NCBI GenBank assembly: GCA_016180425.1
Contig: JACPBF010000001.1
Location: forward strand, 453,447-517,446
DNA from: Elusimicrobiota bacterium
GTDB taxonomy: Bacteria; Elusimicrobiota; Elusimicrobia; 2-02-FULL-39-32
DNA: 64,000 nt
Reading direction: 5' to 3'
Part shown: piece by piece, positions 1 to 10,406 of the stretch
Layout of the letters: each line of letters opens with the position of its first letter
Numbering within the stretch: position 1 is the first letter of the stretch
The notes under the pieces: generated by a model
Seen by the model: the letters and a program-made list of their open reading frames with translations, nothing else
Databases searched by the model: none
Told to the model about the DNA's origin: nothing
Made by a program: the position numbers and the translations under genes

Positions 1-261
1 TCCTGCCTTAGTAAAAGTTTCAACCAGCTCTGCATGCGTTTTTCTTCGCCAAGGCCATTTTCCGATTCTTTCTAAAGCATTGTCATCCACAGCCGCAATC
101 ACTACAGACGATTTTGGTTTTTCAATGCCTCTAAGCTTAAAACGAAAATCTAAAGAATTATTTTCAAAATTAAGGAAAACATCCTGCCAATAAAGCGACC
201 CAATGAAGATCGCGCCAAAAATGGCGATGAGGAAACTATTGCGCTGGAGTTTACTCTTCAA
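1..261 (-). CDS. CHASE2 domain sensor protein, N-terminal part (gene continues beyond window start)
   Basis: Minus-strand translation from a TTG at 259-261 reads LKSKLQRNSFLIAIFGAIFIGSLYWQDVFLNFENNSLDFRFKLRGIEKPKSSVVIAAVDDNALERIGKWPWRRKTHAELVETF. This has an N-terminal TM helix then the CHASE2 hallmark (VIAAVDD...GKWPWRR..HA.L). The start overlaps the TGA stop of the upstream gene (TTGA). Confidence 0.55.
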   Translation of the reverse strand, partial: MKSKLQRNSFLIAIFGAIFIGSLYWQDVFLNFENNSLDFRFKLRGIEKPKSSVVIAAVDDNALERIGKWPWRRKTHAELVETFTKAG

Positions 262-1757
262 TTTTTTAAATTAAAGAAATTTCTTATTTTTTTAGAAAGC
301 ACGCTTTTGTTTAAGGTTTGTTGCTGAACGATTTCAGATTTTTCTTGAATGCCAGATAGCGCGGTTTGTCTGGCAGTGACCACTTCCGCTAAATTGTCAG
401 CTAAGGCTGGATGACGATTTAAGATCTCTTTAAAATCATTTTTTTCCAACATGAGTAGTTCAGAATCCTCTAAAGCCTTTACTGTGGCAGATCTAGCTTC
501 TCCTGTCAGCAAAGAAAGTTCTCCAAAAAATTGGCCTTCTCCTAACTCTCCTAAAGTGATGGGCTTGCCATCTTTTAATGTACGCAGCACCACTAATTTC
601 CCTTTAAGCACAAGATAAAAAGAACTGCCCATCTGACCTTGCTCTACCACAATCTCACTTTCTAAAAATGTTTGAAAATGAAATTTTTGGACTAAAACCT
701 CTTTTTCTTCATTAGAAAGCATTTTAAAAAGATCAATTTTAGAAAGAAGTTCATCAAAATTCCTTGATTCTTCCTCGATTTTTTTCTTAAAGAGTTGAAC
801 GGTTCGAATAGGAAATGGGATTTCCAAGCCTTCTCTTTTTAAAGCATACCAAACGCGCATGGCCACATCGCTGGTTATTGTGCGCCAGATCGCGTAATGA
901 TCAGTCCAAAAAGTTAAATTATAAATAATGGCGGAATCTCCATAAGATTTTAAGATCACTTCTGGCAAAGGATGGGCTACAATCCCTTCTAGATTTTGCA
1001 GGCAATTTAAAAGCACGTTTTTTACCTTTTTTGGAGGAGCGCTATAAGAAACTCCAACTTCTAATTTGCAACGATGACGTTTTGATTTATAACTATAATT
1101 TAAAAACATTCCTTTTTGTAATTCACTATTAGGAATAAAAAGATGATCTCCTTCCCAACTGCGCAAAACCGTTCTTGCCCAGTTGATCTCAAGCACCTCT
1201 CCTTCTTTATCCCCAATTTGTATCCAATCCCCAATACGCACAACTTTAGAAAGAGCGACTCCTGCAAAAAAAGTTTGAAAAGTATCCTTTAGCGCTATGC
1301 CGATGCCTAAAGAAAGTAAAGAGGTTGGGGCATACACTGCCCATGGATTAATGCTAAAAATTTTCTGTACCGCGATCACAACCGCAACCGCAAATACAAA
1401 AAGAACCATGGCTTTTCTTAAAGGGGGGGAAATATAAATTTTTAAGACTGTGCACAAAAAATATTCCACCAGAAACTGATCTAAAATAAAAATCATCACA
1501 TAAAAAAATAAAAGTAAGGTGGCAAAAGTGGTCCAGGTCAGGAAGGTTTGATTTAAACTGCCTTCTAAAGGACCTTGGGTAAAAGTGGTAAGGAAAATCG
1601 TCAAAAAAGTTAAAAGAATCCAGAGAAAATCAAATCTGTGGGGTAGTGGGAAGGAACGTTTATAGGCAAAGTAACGGACGGCAAAATAAATGGCAACGGA
1701 TAAAATTAAAATTCCAAATATGGCAATCAAAAAGGGAATAAAATTTTCAATCAACAT
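258..1757 (-). CDS. MscS-family mechanosensitive channel with C-terminal cyclic-nucleotide-binding (CAP-type cNMP) domain
   Basis: 499 aa. The N-terminal half is multi-TM, followed by an MscS beta-domain (GDWIQIGDKEGEVLEINWARTVLRSWEGDHLFIPNSE). The C-terminus matches the cNMP-binding consensus (FGELSLLTGEARSATVKA). Confidence 0.8.
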   Translation of the reverse strand: MLIENFIPFLIAIFGILILSVAIYFAVRYFAYKRSFPLPHRFDFLWILLTFLTIFLTTFTQGPLEGSLNQTFLTWTTFATLLLFFYVMIFILDQFLVEYFLCTVLKIYISPPLRKAMVLFVFAVAVVIAVQKIFSINPWAVYAPTSLLSLGIGIALKDTFQTFFAGVALSKVVRIGDWIQIGDKEGEVLEINWARTVLRSWEGDHLFIPNSELQKGMFLNYSYKSKRHRCKLEVGVSYSAPPKKVKNVLLNCLQNLEGIVAHPLPEVILKSYGDSAIIYNLTFWTDHYAIWRTITSDVAMRVWYALKREGLEIPFPIRTVQLFKKKIEEESRNFDELLSKIDLFKMLSNEEKEVLVQKFHFQTFLESEIVVEQGQMGSSFYLVLKGKLVVLRTLKDGKPITLGELGEGQFFGELSLLTGEARSATVKALEDSELLMLEKNDFKEILNRHPALADNLAEVVTARQTALSGIQEKSEIVQQQTLNKSVLSKKIRNFFNLKN

Positions 1758-2188
1758 TATTTCTTTCTGGAGGCTCTGCGCGACATTCCTTCTGAAACTC
1801 TTAATCTAATCAGCGCCCTTCTTAAAGCAGCCTGGGCATTGGCTAATTCCTTTGGACTTATAGTTTCCTTTTCTAATTCTTTTTTTGCCCGCTCCGCGGC
1901 TATTTTTGCTCTTTCCATATCAATTTCTTTAGACATCTCCGCAGTTTCTGCAAAAATTTCAACTTTATAAGGATGAATTTCAGCAAAGCCGCCTGAAACC
2001 GCTAAAATTTCAGTTTCATTTCCTTTGCTAAACCTTGCCTCTCCCTCTTTAAGTTGAACCAGCATGGGTTGGTGCCCGGGCAAAATACCGCACTCACCCT
2101 CAAAAGCCGGCAAAGCAATAAAATCCACCTCTTCTTGAAGCACTAAACGCTCAGGTGAAATTACTTCTAAATTAATTTTTCTTAACAT
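1757..2188 (-). CDS. atpC: F1 ATP synthase epsilon subunit
   Basis: 143 aa with the typical epsilon N-terminal beta-sandwich (ISPERLVLQEEVDFIALPAFEGECGILPGHQPML) and a C-terminal helical hairpin. It is the last gene of the atp operon. Confidence 0.9.
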   Translation of the reverse strand: MLRKINLEVISPERLVLQEEVDFIALPAFEGECGILPGHQPMLVQLKEGEARFSKGNETEILAVSGGFAEIHPYKVEIFAETAEMSKEIDMERAKIAAERAKKELEKETISPKELANAQAALRRALIRLRVSEGMSRRASRKK

Positions 2189-2284
2189 AAATTTATTTAT
2201 TTCCTACTTCTCTTTAGGCAACGGTAGTTGCTCGCTGAAAATGAAACTTCCTCACCGTTTCATCTTAAAAAAATTTTGTTTCTA

Positions 2285-3739
<1,455 letters not shown>

Positions 3740-3868
3740 TTACACAATGCTATCATAAGTTCAATCCTCTGCATTCGTCTCAGTCCTGACGCCTAATGCA
3801 AAATACGGGTTAAAACAAACTTTCTAAAAACTCTAAGAGATATTTTTAAACTAAGATTGCACTCTAAA

Positions 3869-4759
3869 TTATTTTAAAGCTTCTGCTCCACCCACAAGTT
3901 CCGCGATTTCCCGGGTGATAATAGCCTGACGCGTGCGATTGAGCTTTAAAGTTAGTAAATCAATCAGTTCACTCGCGTTTTTTGTAGCGGAATCCATTGC
4001 AGCCATTCTTGCTCCTAATTCCGCCGCGGAAGATTCCAGCAAAATTCTAAAAATTTGGGATTTTACATAGCGAGGAAGCAGCCCTTCTAACAGCAGCTCT
4101 TTTTTAGGTTCATAAATAAAATCAGTTTTTTGTTCTTGAGAAATTTGTAAGGGTTTGGCAATAGGCAATAAGCGCTCTACCACTAATCTTTGTTGAATCA
4201 CAGATTTAAATTCATTGTAAACCACAACCACTTCTGCAAGCTGGTTTTGAAGATAAGCCTTAATTAATTCTGATCCAATCAGCTCTGCATGAATATAAGA
4301 AAGATTATTAAAAATATTGATCGTTTCACCGCTAATAGAAGCGCCCACTCTTTTAAAAAAATCTCTTCCCTTTCTTCCTACTACAAAAAACTGTACCTCT
4401 TTATTCTCATTTTCCTTTAATACTTCAGCTGCTTTTTTTATGAGATTAGTATTAAAAGAGCCGCAGAGCCCTTTATCAGCAGTGACTAATAAAAGTGCGA
4501 TTCGGTTTGTTTGATTGGTTCTTAATAAAGGATGAAGGGTTGAAAAAAGTTCTTGGGGATTGAAATCTTCATTTTGCAAGATTCGGGCAGCCAAATCGCT
4601 TAACAAATCGCGCATCTTAAATGCAAAAGGACGAGCTGCAAGAATTCTACTCTGCGCCCTGCGCAAACGGGCAGCAGCTACCATCTTCATTGCTTTGGTA
4701 ATTTGTTCAGTGGAGCGAATCGTCTTAATTTTTTTTCTGTATTCTCTTAAAGAAGACAT
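3869..4759 (-). CDS. atpG: F1 ATP synthase gamma subunit
   Basis: 296 aa. The N-terminal IKTIRSTEQITKAMKMVAAARLRRAQ and the C-terminal coiled coil are typical of gamma. Confidence 0.93.
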   Translation of the reverse strand: MSSLREYRKKIKTIRSTEQITKAMKMVAAARLRRAQSRILAARPFAFKMRDLLSDLAARILQNEDFNPQELFSTLHPLLRTNQTNRIALLLVTADKGLCGSFNTNLIKKAAEVLKENENKEVQFFVVGRKGRDFFKRVGASISGETINIFNNLSYIHAELIGSELIKAYLQNQLAEVVVVYNEFKSVIQQRLVVERLLPIAKPLQISQEQKTDFIYEPKKELLLEGLLPRYVKSQIFRILLESSAAELGARMAAMDSATKNASELIDLLTLKLNRTRQAIITREIAELVGGAEALK

Positions 4760-4786
4760 TTTATTTAAAGCTTCCTTTTAGACTTT

Positions 4787-5713
4787 TTAAACAAATGAAG
4801 ACTTTCCTGATTCCTTTTCTAAAATCTTCACGTAATCTCGAATTCCAGATTCAGGACTAAACTGGCATTTAAACCCTAAAACCTGATTGGAGAAACTCAT
4901 ATCCGCCTGGGTCTGGTCCTGATAAAAATCATACGGATTATCAAAATAGTCTGTAGGTTTATTTGCGCCTAAAGCGGAATTTATAATTTGAATGATTTGG
5001 TTAAAAGTGGTGGGGATTCCAGTGCCCACATTAAAAACCCCGCTGCCAGAAAATTCCCATGCTTTTAAATTAGCCAGCGCCACATCCTTTACATAGATAA
5101 AATCCCTAAATTGCTCTCCCCATTTAAAAATTCTGGGAGATTTTTGAGATGCGATCTGAGAGTATAACTGAAATACCATGCTGGCTGCGTTTAATTTATG
5201 CGTTTCATTGGGTCCATAAACATTAAAATAACGAAGCCCTACCAAAGAAATCTGTGGATGTTTTTTTGCAAATAATAAAGCTGCTTTTTCCATCTGGACT
5301 TTACTCTCCCCATAAATATTGGCTGGGGCGGGGATGTCAGTTTCCCGCATGGGAACTTTTCCCTTGCCATAGGTTGCAGCGCTGGAAGCATAAACCACTT
5401 TTTTGCAGCCAGTTCTTAAAGCAAATTCAAGGATCTTTATAAACGCTTCTACATTAGTCCCCAACATTAATTCTTTATCCATCACGGTTGTATCAGTGAT
5501 CGCTGCCTGATGAAAAATAGCGTCGAATTTTCCCAAAGAATCATAGTCAAAAAAGCGAATATCCCCTTTAAAAAAATCGCCTTTAAAATTTTTTAAATTT
5601 TCTTTGGAGCCGGGCGTTGAATTGCACAAGCCAACCACAGAACCTTTTTTCTGCAATTCAAAAGCTAGGTTAGAGCCAATAAAACCAGTTGCGCCAGTGA
5701 CTAAAAAACGCAT
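4787..5713 (-). CDS. hldD: ADP-L-glycero-D-manno-heptose-6-epimerase-like NAD-dependent epimerase
   Basis: 308 aa. It has the Rossmann motif VTGATGFIGSN, plus YASSAATYG and RYFNVYGP identical to HldD/RfaD blocks, and an SMV...FQL segment. It lies inside the atp operon between atpA and atpG. Confidence 0.7.
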   Translation of the reverse strand: MRFLVTGATGFIGSNLAFELQKKGSVVGLCNSTPGSKENLKNFKGDFFKGDIRFFDYDSLGKFDAIFHQAAITDTTVMDKELMLGTNVEAFIKILEFALRTGCKKVVYASSAATYGKGKVPMRETDIPAPANIYGESKVQMEKAALLFAKKHPQISLVGLRYFNVYGPNETHKLNAASMVFQLYSQIASQKSPRIFKWGEQFRDFIYVKDVALANLKAWEFSGSGVFNVGTGIPTTFNQIIQIINSALGANKPTDYFDNPYDFYQDQTQADMSFSNQVLGFKCQFSPESGIRDYVKILEKESGKSSFV

Positions 5714-5716
5714 GAT

Positions 5717-7231
5717 TTAATAACTAAAACCTTTTTTAAAATTTTCAATGGCAAGAATAATTTTTTGTTTTAAATCTTCTTCAATTACTTTTTTTTCTTT
5801 AACCATAGAAAAAATTTCCGGAACATTTTGATCTAAAAATTGGAAAAACTCTTTTTCAAACTTACCTATGGCGCTTATAGGCAGCTCATCCAAAAATCCA
5901 TTCACTCCGGCAAAAATAATCAGGATCTGTTTTTCCACAGGCAAAGGTTGGTACTGATCCTGCTTGAGCAATTCCACCATTCTTTCCCCTCTGGAGAGCT
6001 GCTGTTTAGAAGCTTTATCTAAGTCTGATCCAAACTGAGCAAACGCGGCTAACTCATTATACTGGGCTAAATCTAATCGCAAACGGCCAGCCACTTGCCG
6101 CATCGCTTTAATTTGCGCGCTGCCTCCCACCCTGGAGACAGAAAGTCCTACATTCACCGCAGGCCTCACCCCAGAATAAAAAAGTCCAGACTCTAAATAA
6201 ATTTGACCATCCGTAATGGAAATAACATTTGTGGGAATATAGGCAGAAACATCTCCAGCTTGAGTTTCTATAATAGGAAGCGCGGTTAAAGAACCTCCTC
6301 CATTTTTTTCATTTAACTTACAGGCCCGCTCCAGCAGCCTTGAATGGAGATAAAACACATCTCCAGGATAAGCTTCCCGTCCCGGCGGTCTGCGCAAAAG
6401 CAAAGAGATTTGACGATAAGCCTGAGCATGTTTGGAAAGATCATCATAAATACAGAGCGCATGTTTTCCCTGCCACAAAAATTCTTCGCCAATGGTACAG
6501 CCTGAATAAGGCGCAATATATTGAATGGGAGCAGGGTCGGAAGCAGTGGCTGAAACTATAATAGTGTATTCAAGAGCTCCATGATCCTCTAGCTTCTGCA
6601 CAACCTGGGCCACTGTGGATTGTTTCTGCCCTATAGCCACATAAATACAAATTACATTCTGTCCTTTTTGGTTAATAATAGTGTCCACAGCAATTGCGGT
6701 TTTACCGGTTTGCCTATCCCCAATAATAAGTTCTCTTTGCCCTCGGCCAATTGGAATCATGGAATCTATGGCTTTAAGCCCTGTTTGCAAAGGCTCTTTT
6801 ACAGGTTGACGTTCCACGACCCCAGGCGCAATCACTTCCAAAGGCCGTTCCCGATCTGATTGAAGTTCTCCTTTCCCATCTATGGGTTGACCTAAAGGGT
6901 TAATGACCCGGCCGATCAAAGATTGGCCCACTGGAATACTCATGATTTTTCCTGTGCGTTTAGCTTCATCTCCCTCCTTAATAAGCTGACTCTCTCCCAA
7001 CAAAACTACACCCACGCTTTCTCTTTCTAAATTTAAAACCATTCCAGAGATTCCATGGGGGAACTCAAGCATTTCGCCAGCCATGGCATTTTCCAAACCC
7101 CAAACCCGCGCAATGCCATCCCCAGTCTGAAGGACATAACCAACTTCCTTAAGTTCTGTCTTAAGATTAAACCCCTCAATCTCTTTTTTTAAAACACTGG
7201 TAATTTCTTCAGATTTAATTGTCATATCCAA
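5717..7231 (-). CDS. atpA: F1 ATP synthase alpha subunit
   Basis: 504 aa with Walker [16 protein letters not shown]. Confidence 0.97.
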   Translation of the reverse strand: MDMTIKSEEITSVLKKEIEGFNLKTELKEVGYVLQTGDGIARVWGLENAMAGEMLEFPHGISGMVLNLERESVGVVLLGESQLIKEGDEAKRTGKIMSIPVGQSLIGRVINPLGQPIDGKGELQSDRERPLEVIAPGVVERQPVKEPLQTGLKAIDSMIPIGRGQRELIIGDRQTGKTAIAVDTIINQKGQNVICIYVAIGQKQSTVAQVVQKLEDHGALEYTIIVSATASDPAPIQYIAPYSGCTIGEEFLWQGKHALCIYDDLSKHAQAYRQISLLLRRPPGREAYPGDVFYLHSRLLERACKLNEKNGGGSLTALPIIETQAGDVSAYIPTNVISITDGQIYLESGLFYSGVRPAVNVGLSVSRVGGSAQIKAMRQVAGRLRLDLAQYNELAAFAQFGSDLDKASKQQLSRGERMVELLKQDQYQPLPVEKQILIIFAGVNGFLDELPISAIGKFEKEFFQFLDQNVPEIFSMVKEKKVIEEDLKQKIILAIENFKKGFSY

Positions 7232-7772
7232 ACCTCAATTTCATTGTATTTAATTGTGATTTTAAGCTGTGATCCAGCACCATGTCTCCAGCTTGAATCA
7301 TTAGCCCTGCAATGAGCTCAGGATGAACGCTAATTTCCAAAATAACTTTTTTCTTAAAAATTTGAAAAAGCATCTGCTCTAAATCTTTTTTTGCTTTTTC
7401 ATCTAGCGCGCTGGCAGATTTTACAACTGCTTTAACCTGACGATCCTCTTCATCCGTAAAATGATCGAAATGCGTAAAAATTAAAGGAAGAAGGTCCAAC
7501 CTTTTCTTAACCAGAAGTAAATCTAAAAAACGCATTAGAACTCCAGCAAATTCATCAGGTTCAGCTGAAAGAGCATTTCTTAAAGCCTTTTGCTTTAATG
7601 ACACTGGACAAAGAGCATGCTCCAGCTCTTTAGAACACTTTTCATTTGAACGAATGATTTCCAGAACCTTGCGCAACTGATCCTTTACTTCCTCAAAGGA
7701 ATGAATTTTTTCTTCTTTTACCGCAAGAAAAAAAGCTCTTGCATATCGTTGGGCTAAAGCGCTATCTTTCAT
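7215..7772 (-). CDS. atpH: F1 ATP synthase delta (OSCP) subunit
   Basis: 185 aa. It sits between atpF and atpA and begins [11 protein letters not shown], typical of delta. Confidence 0.8.
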   Translation of the reverse strand: MKDSALAQRYARAFFLAVKEEKIHSFEEVKDQLRKVLEIIRSNEKCSKELEHALCPVSLKQKALRNALSAEPDEFAGVLMRFLDLLLVKKRLDLLPLIFTHFDHFTDEEDRQVKAVVKSASALDEKAKKDLEQMLFQIFKKKVILEISVHPELIAGLMIQAGDMVLDHSLKSQLNTMKLRFGYDN

Positions 7773-8288
7773 TTAAAATAATGATTTCTCTTTTTTATAA
7801 TCTTTTAGATCCGCTAAAAAGTCCTGCAGAAATTTTTCCTGCACTTTTTTATCCACACTCTGCTGCAATAATTTTTCTGCCATTAAAAGAGAAATGGAGC
7901 CAACTTCTTTTTTTAGATCCGCTAAAAGTTTGTCTTTTTCAAGATTCAGCTGTTCCTTGCCTTTTTCCAGAATCTGCCTGGCCTTGGCATCTGCTGTTTT
8001 TAAGATTGTCTCCTGGATTTGAAGCCCTTTTTTCTCCGCTTCCTCTAAAAGAGACTGGGCTTTAGTCTTAATCTCTGAAAGCTGCGTTTCATACTCTTTT
8101 TTTATTTTTTCCAGATCCTCTTTATTTTTTTCCGCAGATTCAAGCTCGTTTTTAAGTTTAGCTTCCCGCTCATCAATTAATTTTAAGATAGGAGCCCAAG
8201 CCGCTTTCTTTAAGATAAAGACCATGGCTAAAAAAGTAACCACAGTCCAAAACATTAAGCCAATATCTGGTTTTAATAAGTTTTCCAT
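7773..8288 (-). CDS. atpF: Fo ATP synthase subunit b
   Basis: 171 aa. It has an N-terminal TM helix followed by a long charged coiled coil. Confidence 0.8.
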   Translation of the reverse strand: MENLLKPDIGLMFWTVVTFLAMVFILKKAAWAPILKLIDEREAKLKNELESAEKNKEDLEKIKKEYETQLSEIKTKAQSLLEEAEKKGLQIQETILKTADAKARQILEKGKEQLNLEKDKLLADLKKEVGSISLLMAEKLLQQSVDKKVQEKFLQDFLADLKDYKKEKSLF

Positions 8289-8339
8289 ATTTTCATATCT
8301 ACTTTTTGTTTTTTATTTATGAATTCTTAAACATAAATA

Positions 8340-8630
8340 TTATCTGTTTTCTTCTACTGCGCTTGCGGCGTGTCCTTGTGTTCCAGAAGACTTTGGCAAA
8401 CCTAAATTTAAGGCCACTAAAAGACAAATCACCAATCCAAAAAAACCAAGACCTTCAATTAAAGCTGCTGGTATAATCATGGATGTTCTTAAAGCCCCTG
8501 CTGCCTCTGGCTGCCTAGCGGTGCCTTCTAAAGCCGCGCTTGCAAGCCGCGCAATCCCAAAAGCCGCGCCTAATAAACATAGACCAGCTCCAAGACCTGC
8601 GCCTAAATAACCTAATCCTAAGTAGAGCAT
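8340..8630 (-). CDS. atpE: Fo ATP synthase subunit c (proteolipid)
   Basis: 96 aa. It has two Gly/Ala-rich TM helices joined by an RQPE loop, with a conserved acidic Glu in helix 2 (ALIEGLGF). An unusual 19-aa hydrophilic tail follows at the C-terminus. Confidence 0.85.
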   Translation of the reverse strand: MLYLGLGYLGAGLGAGLCLLGAAFGIARLASAALEGTARQPEAAGALRTSMIIPAALIEGLGFFGLVICLLVALNLGLPKSSGTQGHAASAVEENR

Positions 8631-8652
8631 TTTTTTAATTCCTCCTTATCAT

Positions 8653-9423
8653 TTAATGTTCTGGATGTATAGCAGCGCCCACAAACAGCGCTGTTAAAAA
8701 TGTAAAAATAAAAGCTTGTAAAGGAACGACTATGAGCAATTCAAGAAAATAGATAAATAAAGACATGGCAATAGATAGAGGCGCGGTGGACAACCCTATC
8801 CAAGGATTGAGCGCGCCAAAAATAAAAATAAGCCCTAAAAAAGCCAGAACCACAATATGGCCTGCGATCATGTTCATAAAAAGACGAATCGAGAGCGCGA
8901 ATGTTTTGGTAAGAAACCCAAGCAACTCAACTGGAATCATTAAAGGAAGCAGCCATACTGGAAGTCCATGGGGAACAATATTTTTAAGATAGGGGATGAA
9001 CCCTTGCTGCCTCACGCCTGCTAAATGAATCAGACAAAAAGTGCATAAAGAGAGCGTGGCAGTTACAGCGATGTTGCCTGTGGCGCAAGCGGCTCCGGGA
9101 ATAAGTCCTAAAAGATTACAAACCAAAATAAAAAAGAATAAGGTTAAAAAATAGTGGAGATATTTTTTACCTTCCTTGCCTAAAGCAGGCAAAACCACTT
9201 CATCTCGGATAAATTGCACAATCGCCTCAATTAATATTTTCACTCTGCGAGAGGCGTGAGCGGAACCAACTTTTAAAAAAAGGAAAAGCGAGATGAGTAA
9301 AAAAGAAGCTATCCACATCATTAAAAGATGTTTGCTAAAAACTAAAGGAACATTCCCAATAAAAAACAGAGATTTAAAAGAATGGTCTAAAATATGATGC
9401 TCTAAAATTGTTTTAAAATCCAT
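8653..9423 (-). CDS. atpB: Fo ATP synthase subunit a
   Basis: 256 aa polytopic membrane protein. It carries the conserved LSIRLFMNMIAGH (essential Arg) motif. Confidence 0.85.
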   Translation of the reverse strand: MDFKTILEHHILDHSFKSLFFIGNVPLVFSKHLLMMWIASFLLISLFLFLKVGSAHASRRVKILIEAIVQFIRDEVVLPALGKEGKKYLHYFLTLFFFILVCNLLGLIPGAACATGNIAVTATLSLCTFCLIHLAGVRQQGFIPYLKNIVPHGLPVWLLPLMIPVELLGFLTKTFALSIRLFMNMIAGHIVVLAFLGLIFIFGALNPWIGLSTAPLSIAMSLFIYFLELLIVVPLQAFIFTFLTALFVGAAIHPEH

Positions 9424-9432
9424 AGCAATGAT

Positions 9433-9873
9433 TCAATCTGTGGTCGCCGCAAACATTTTTAAGCGCGTATCCCCTAGTATCCTAGATTGATCAGAAACAT
9501 TTTTAAGGATCAGGGTTATCCCTAACCCTGTAAACAAAAAAGTAAATAGCGCTAAACCTAAAAGCGCAAAAACTAAATGAAAATTTTGATTTTTAAAAAT
9601 AAAAAAAATGGCGCATCCTAAAACCATCATTTTCCATGCCATGTTGCCAAAAAAAACTCCGAAAAATATTGCATTCGATTTTTTCCAGGCGTAATTTAAA
9701 GAAAGAAAAGAAGCGATTCCATTGAAACAGGAAAGAGCTGCTGCCAGCGCTAAACTATTTTGAATGGGAAGGCTGAGCTGAAAGTTCTTAAAGCCAAAAA
9801 TTAGCAAAAAAGCTATGAGAATAAATAAAATAATTACATGAATCACTTTAATTTGAATCATTTTTACCTTCAT
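9433..9873 (-). CDS. atpI: ATP synthase protein I-like membrane protein
   Basis: 146 aa hydrophobic protein with four TM helices, immediately upstream of atpB in the operon. Confidence 0.5.
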   Translation of the reverse strand: MKVKMIQIKVIHVIILFILIAFLLIFGFKNFQLSLPIQNSLALAAALSCFNGIASFLSLNYAWKKSNAIFFGVFFGNMAWKMMVLGCAIFFIFKNQNFHLVFALLGLALFTFLFTGLGITLILKNVSDQSRILGDTRLKMFAATTD

Positions 9874-10069
9874 TTTTAAATTGACTGATCAACTGATAAA
9901 GACCAATAGAAAGGCCTAAAAAACCACCCGCCAATGTAAGCCAAGGAAGACAATTAAGTTTTTTGTCCAGCCAATAGCCTATGAAAAAACAAATGAGAAT
10001 TGTTCCTGCCAGCTCTAATCCCACTCCCAAATACCTCAAAGAAGTTGAGGAACCAAACCAATTTTTCAT
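9848..10069 (-). CDS. AtpZ/AtpR (ATPase_gene1 family) small membrane protein
   Basis: 73 aa with two TM helices. The pattern LGVGLELAGTILICFFIGYWLDKKL...PWLTLAGGFLGL matches the ATPase_gene1 family. It is the first gene of the atp operon. Confidence 0.6.
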   Translation of the reverse strand: MKNWFGSSTSLRYLGVGLELAGTILICFFIGYWLDKKLNCLPWLTLAGGFLGLSIGLYQLISQFKNEGKNDSN

Positions 10070-10119
10070 TGAATTTTAGTTTTCATGAAATTTGAGAGGA
10101 AAATCTTGAATTTTTTATT

Positions 10120-10332
10120 TTACAAAAATGAACTTAAGAATTCAAATAAATTTGGGTAACACTTCTCTCCCAAAATGGTTTCATAACCCGGCCGCACCGG
10201 AATAATTTTATAGCCAACGCTTTTTAAATAAGAGCTAACCCTAAAGCTCGGCCGATCTTCTTTTGGGGAACAGCCCACAACCGCAATGATCTTGAAGTTT
10301 AGAATTTCACGAATTTCCGTATCATTTAACAC
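10120..10332 (-). pseudogene. Truncated CoA-binding domain protein (YccU/YneT-like; only ~N-terminal half present)
   Basis: 70 aa. KIIAVVGCSPKEDRPSFRVSSYLKSVGYKIIPVRPGYETILGEKCYPNL matches the N-terminal half of ~140-aa CoA-binding proteins. The ORF stops right after this block. Only 50 nt remain before atpZ. Confidence 0.45.
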
Positions 10333-10406
10333 TGAAATCTCAACCTCCTTTTCCCTGCCAAATTAATAACGCTATTTGAACCCAAATAGTTAAAAATATT
10401 CTAGCT

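Noticed and set aside
4317-7000. Multiple 60-80-aa ORFs (4317-4514, 4560-4781, 5254-5442, 5840-6022, 6313-6516, 6340-6561, 6620-6859)
   Set aside because: All are antisense or out-of-frame overlaps of atpG, hldD and atpA. They are shadow ORFs.
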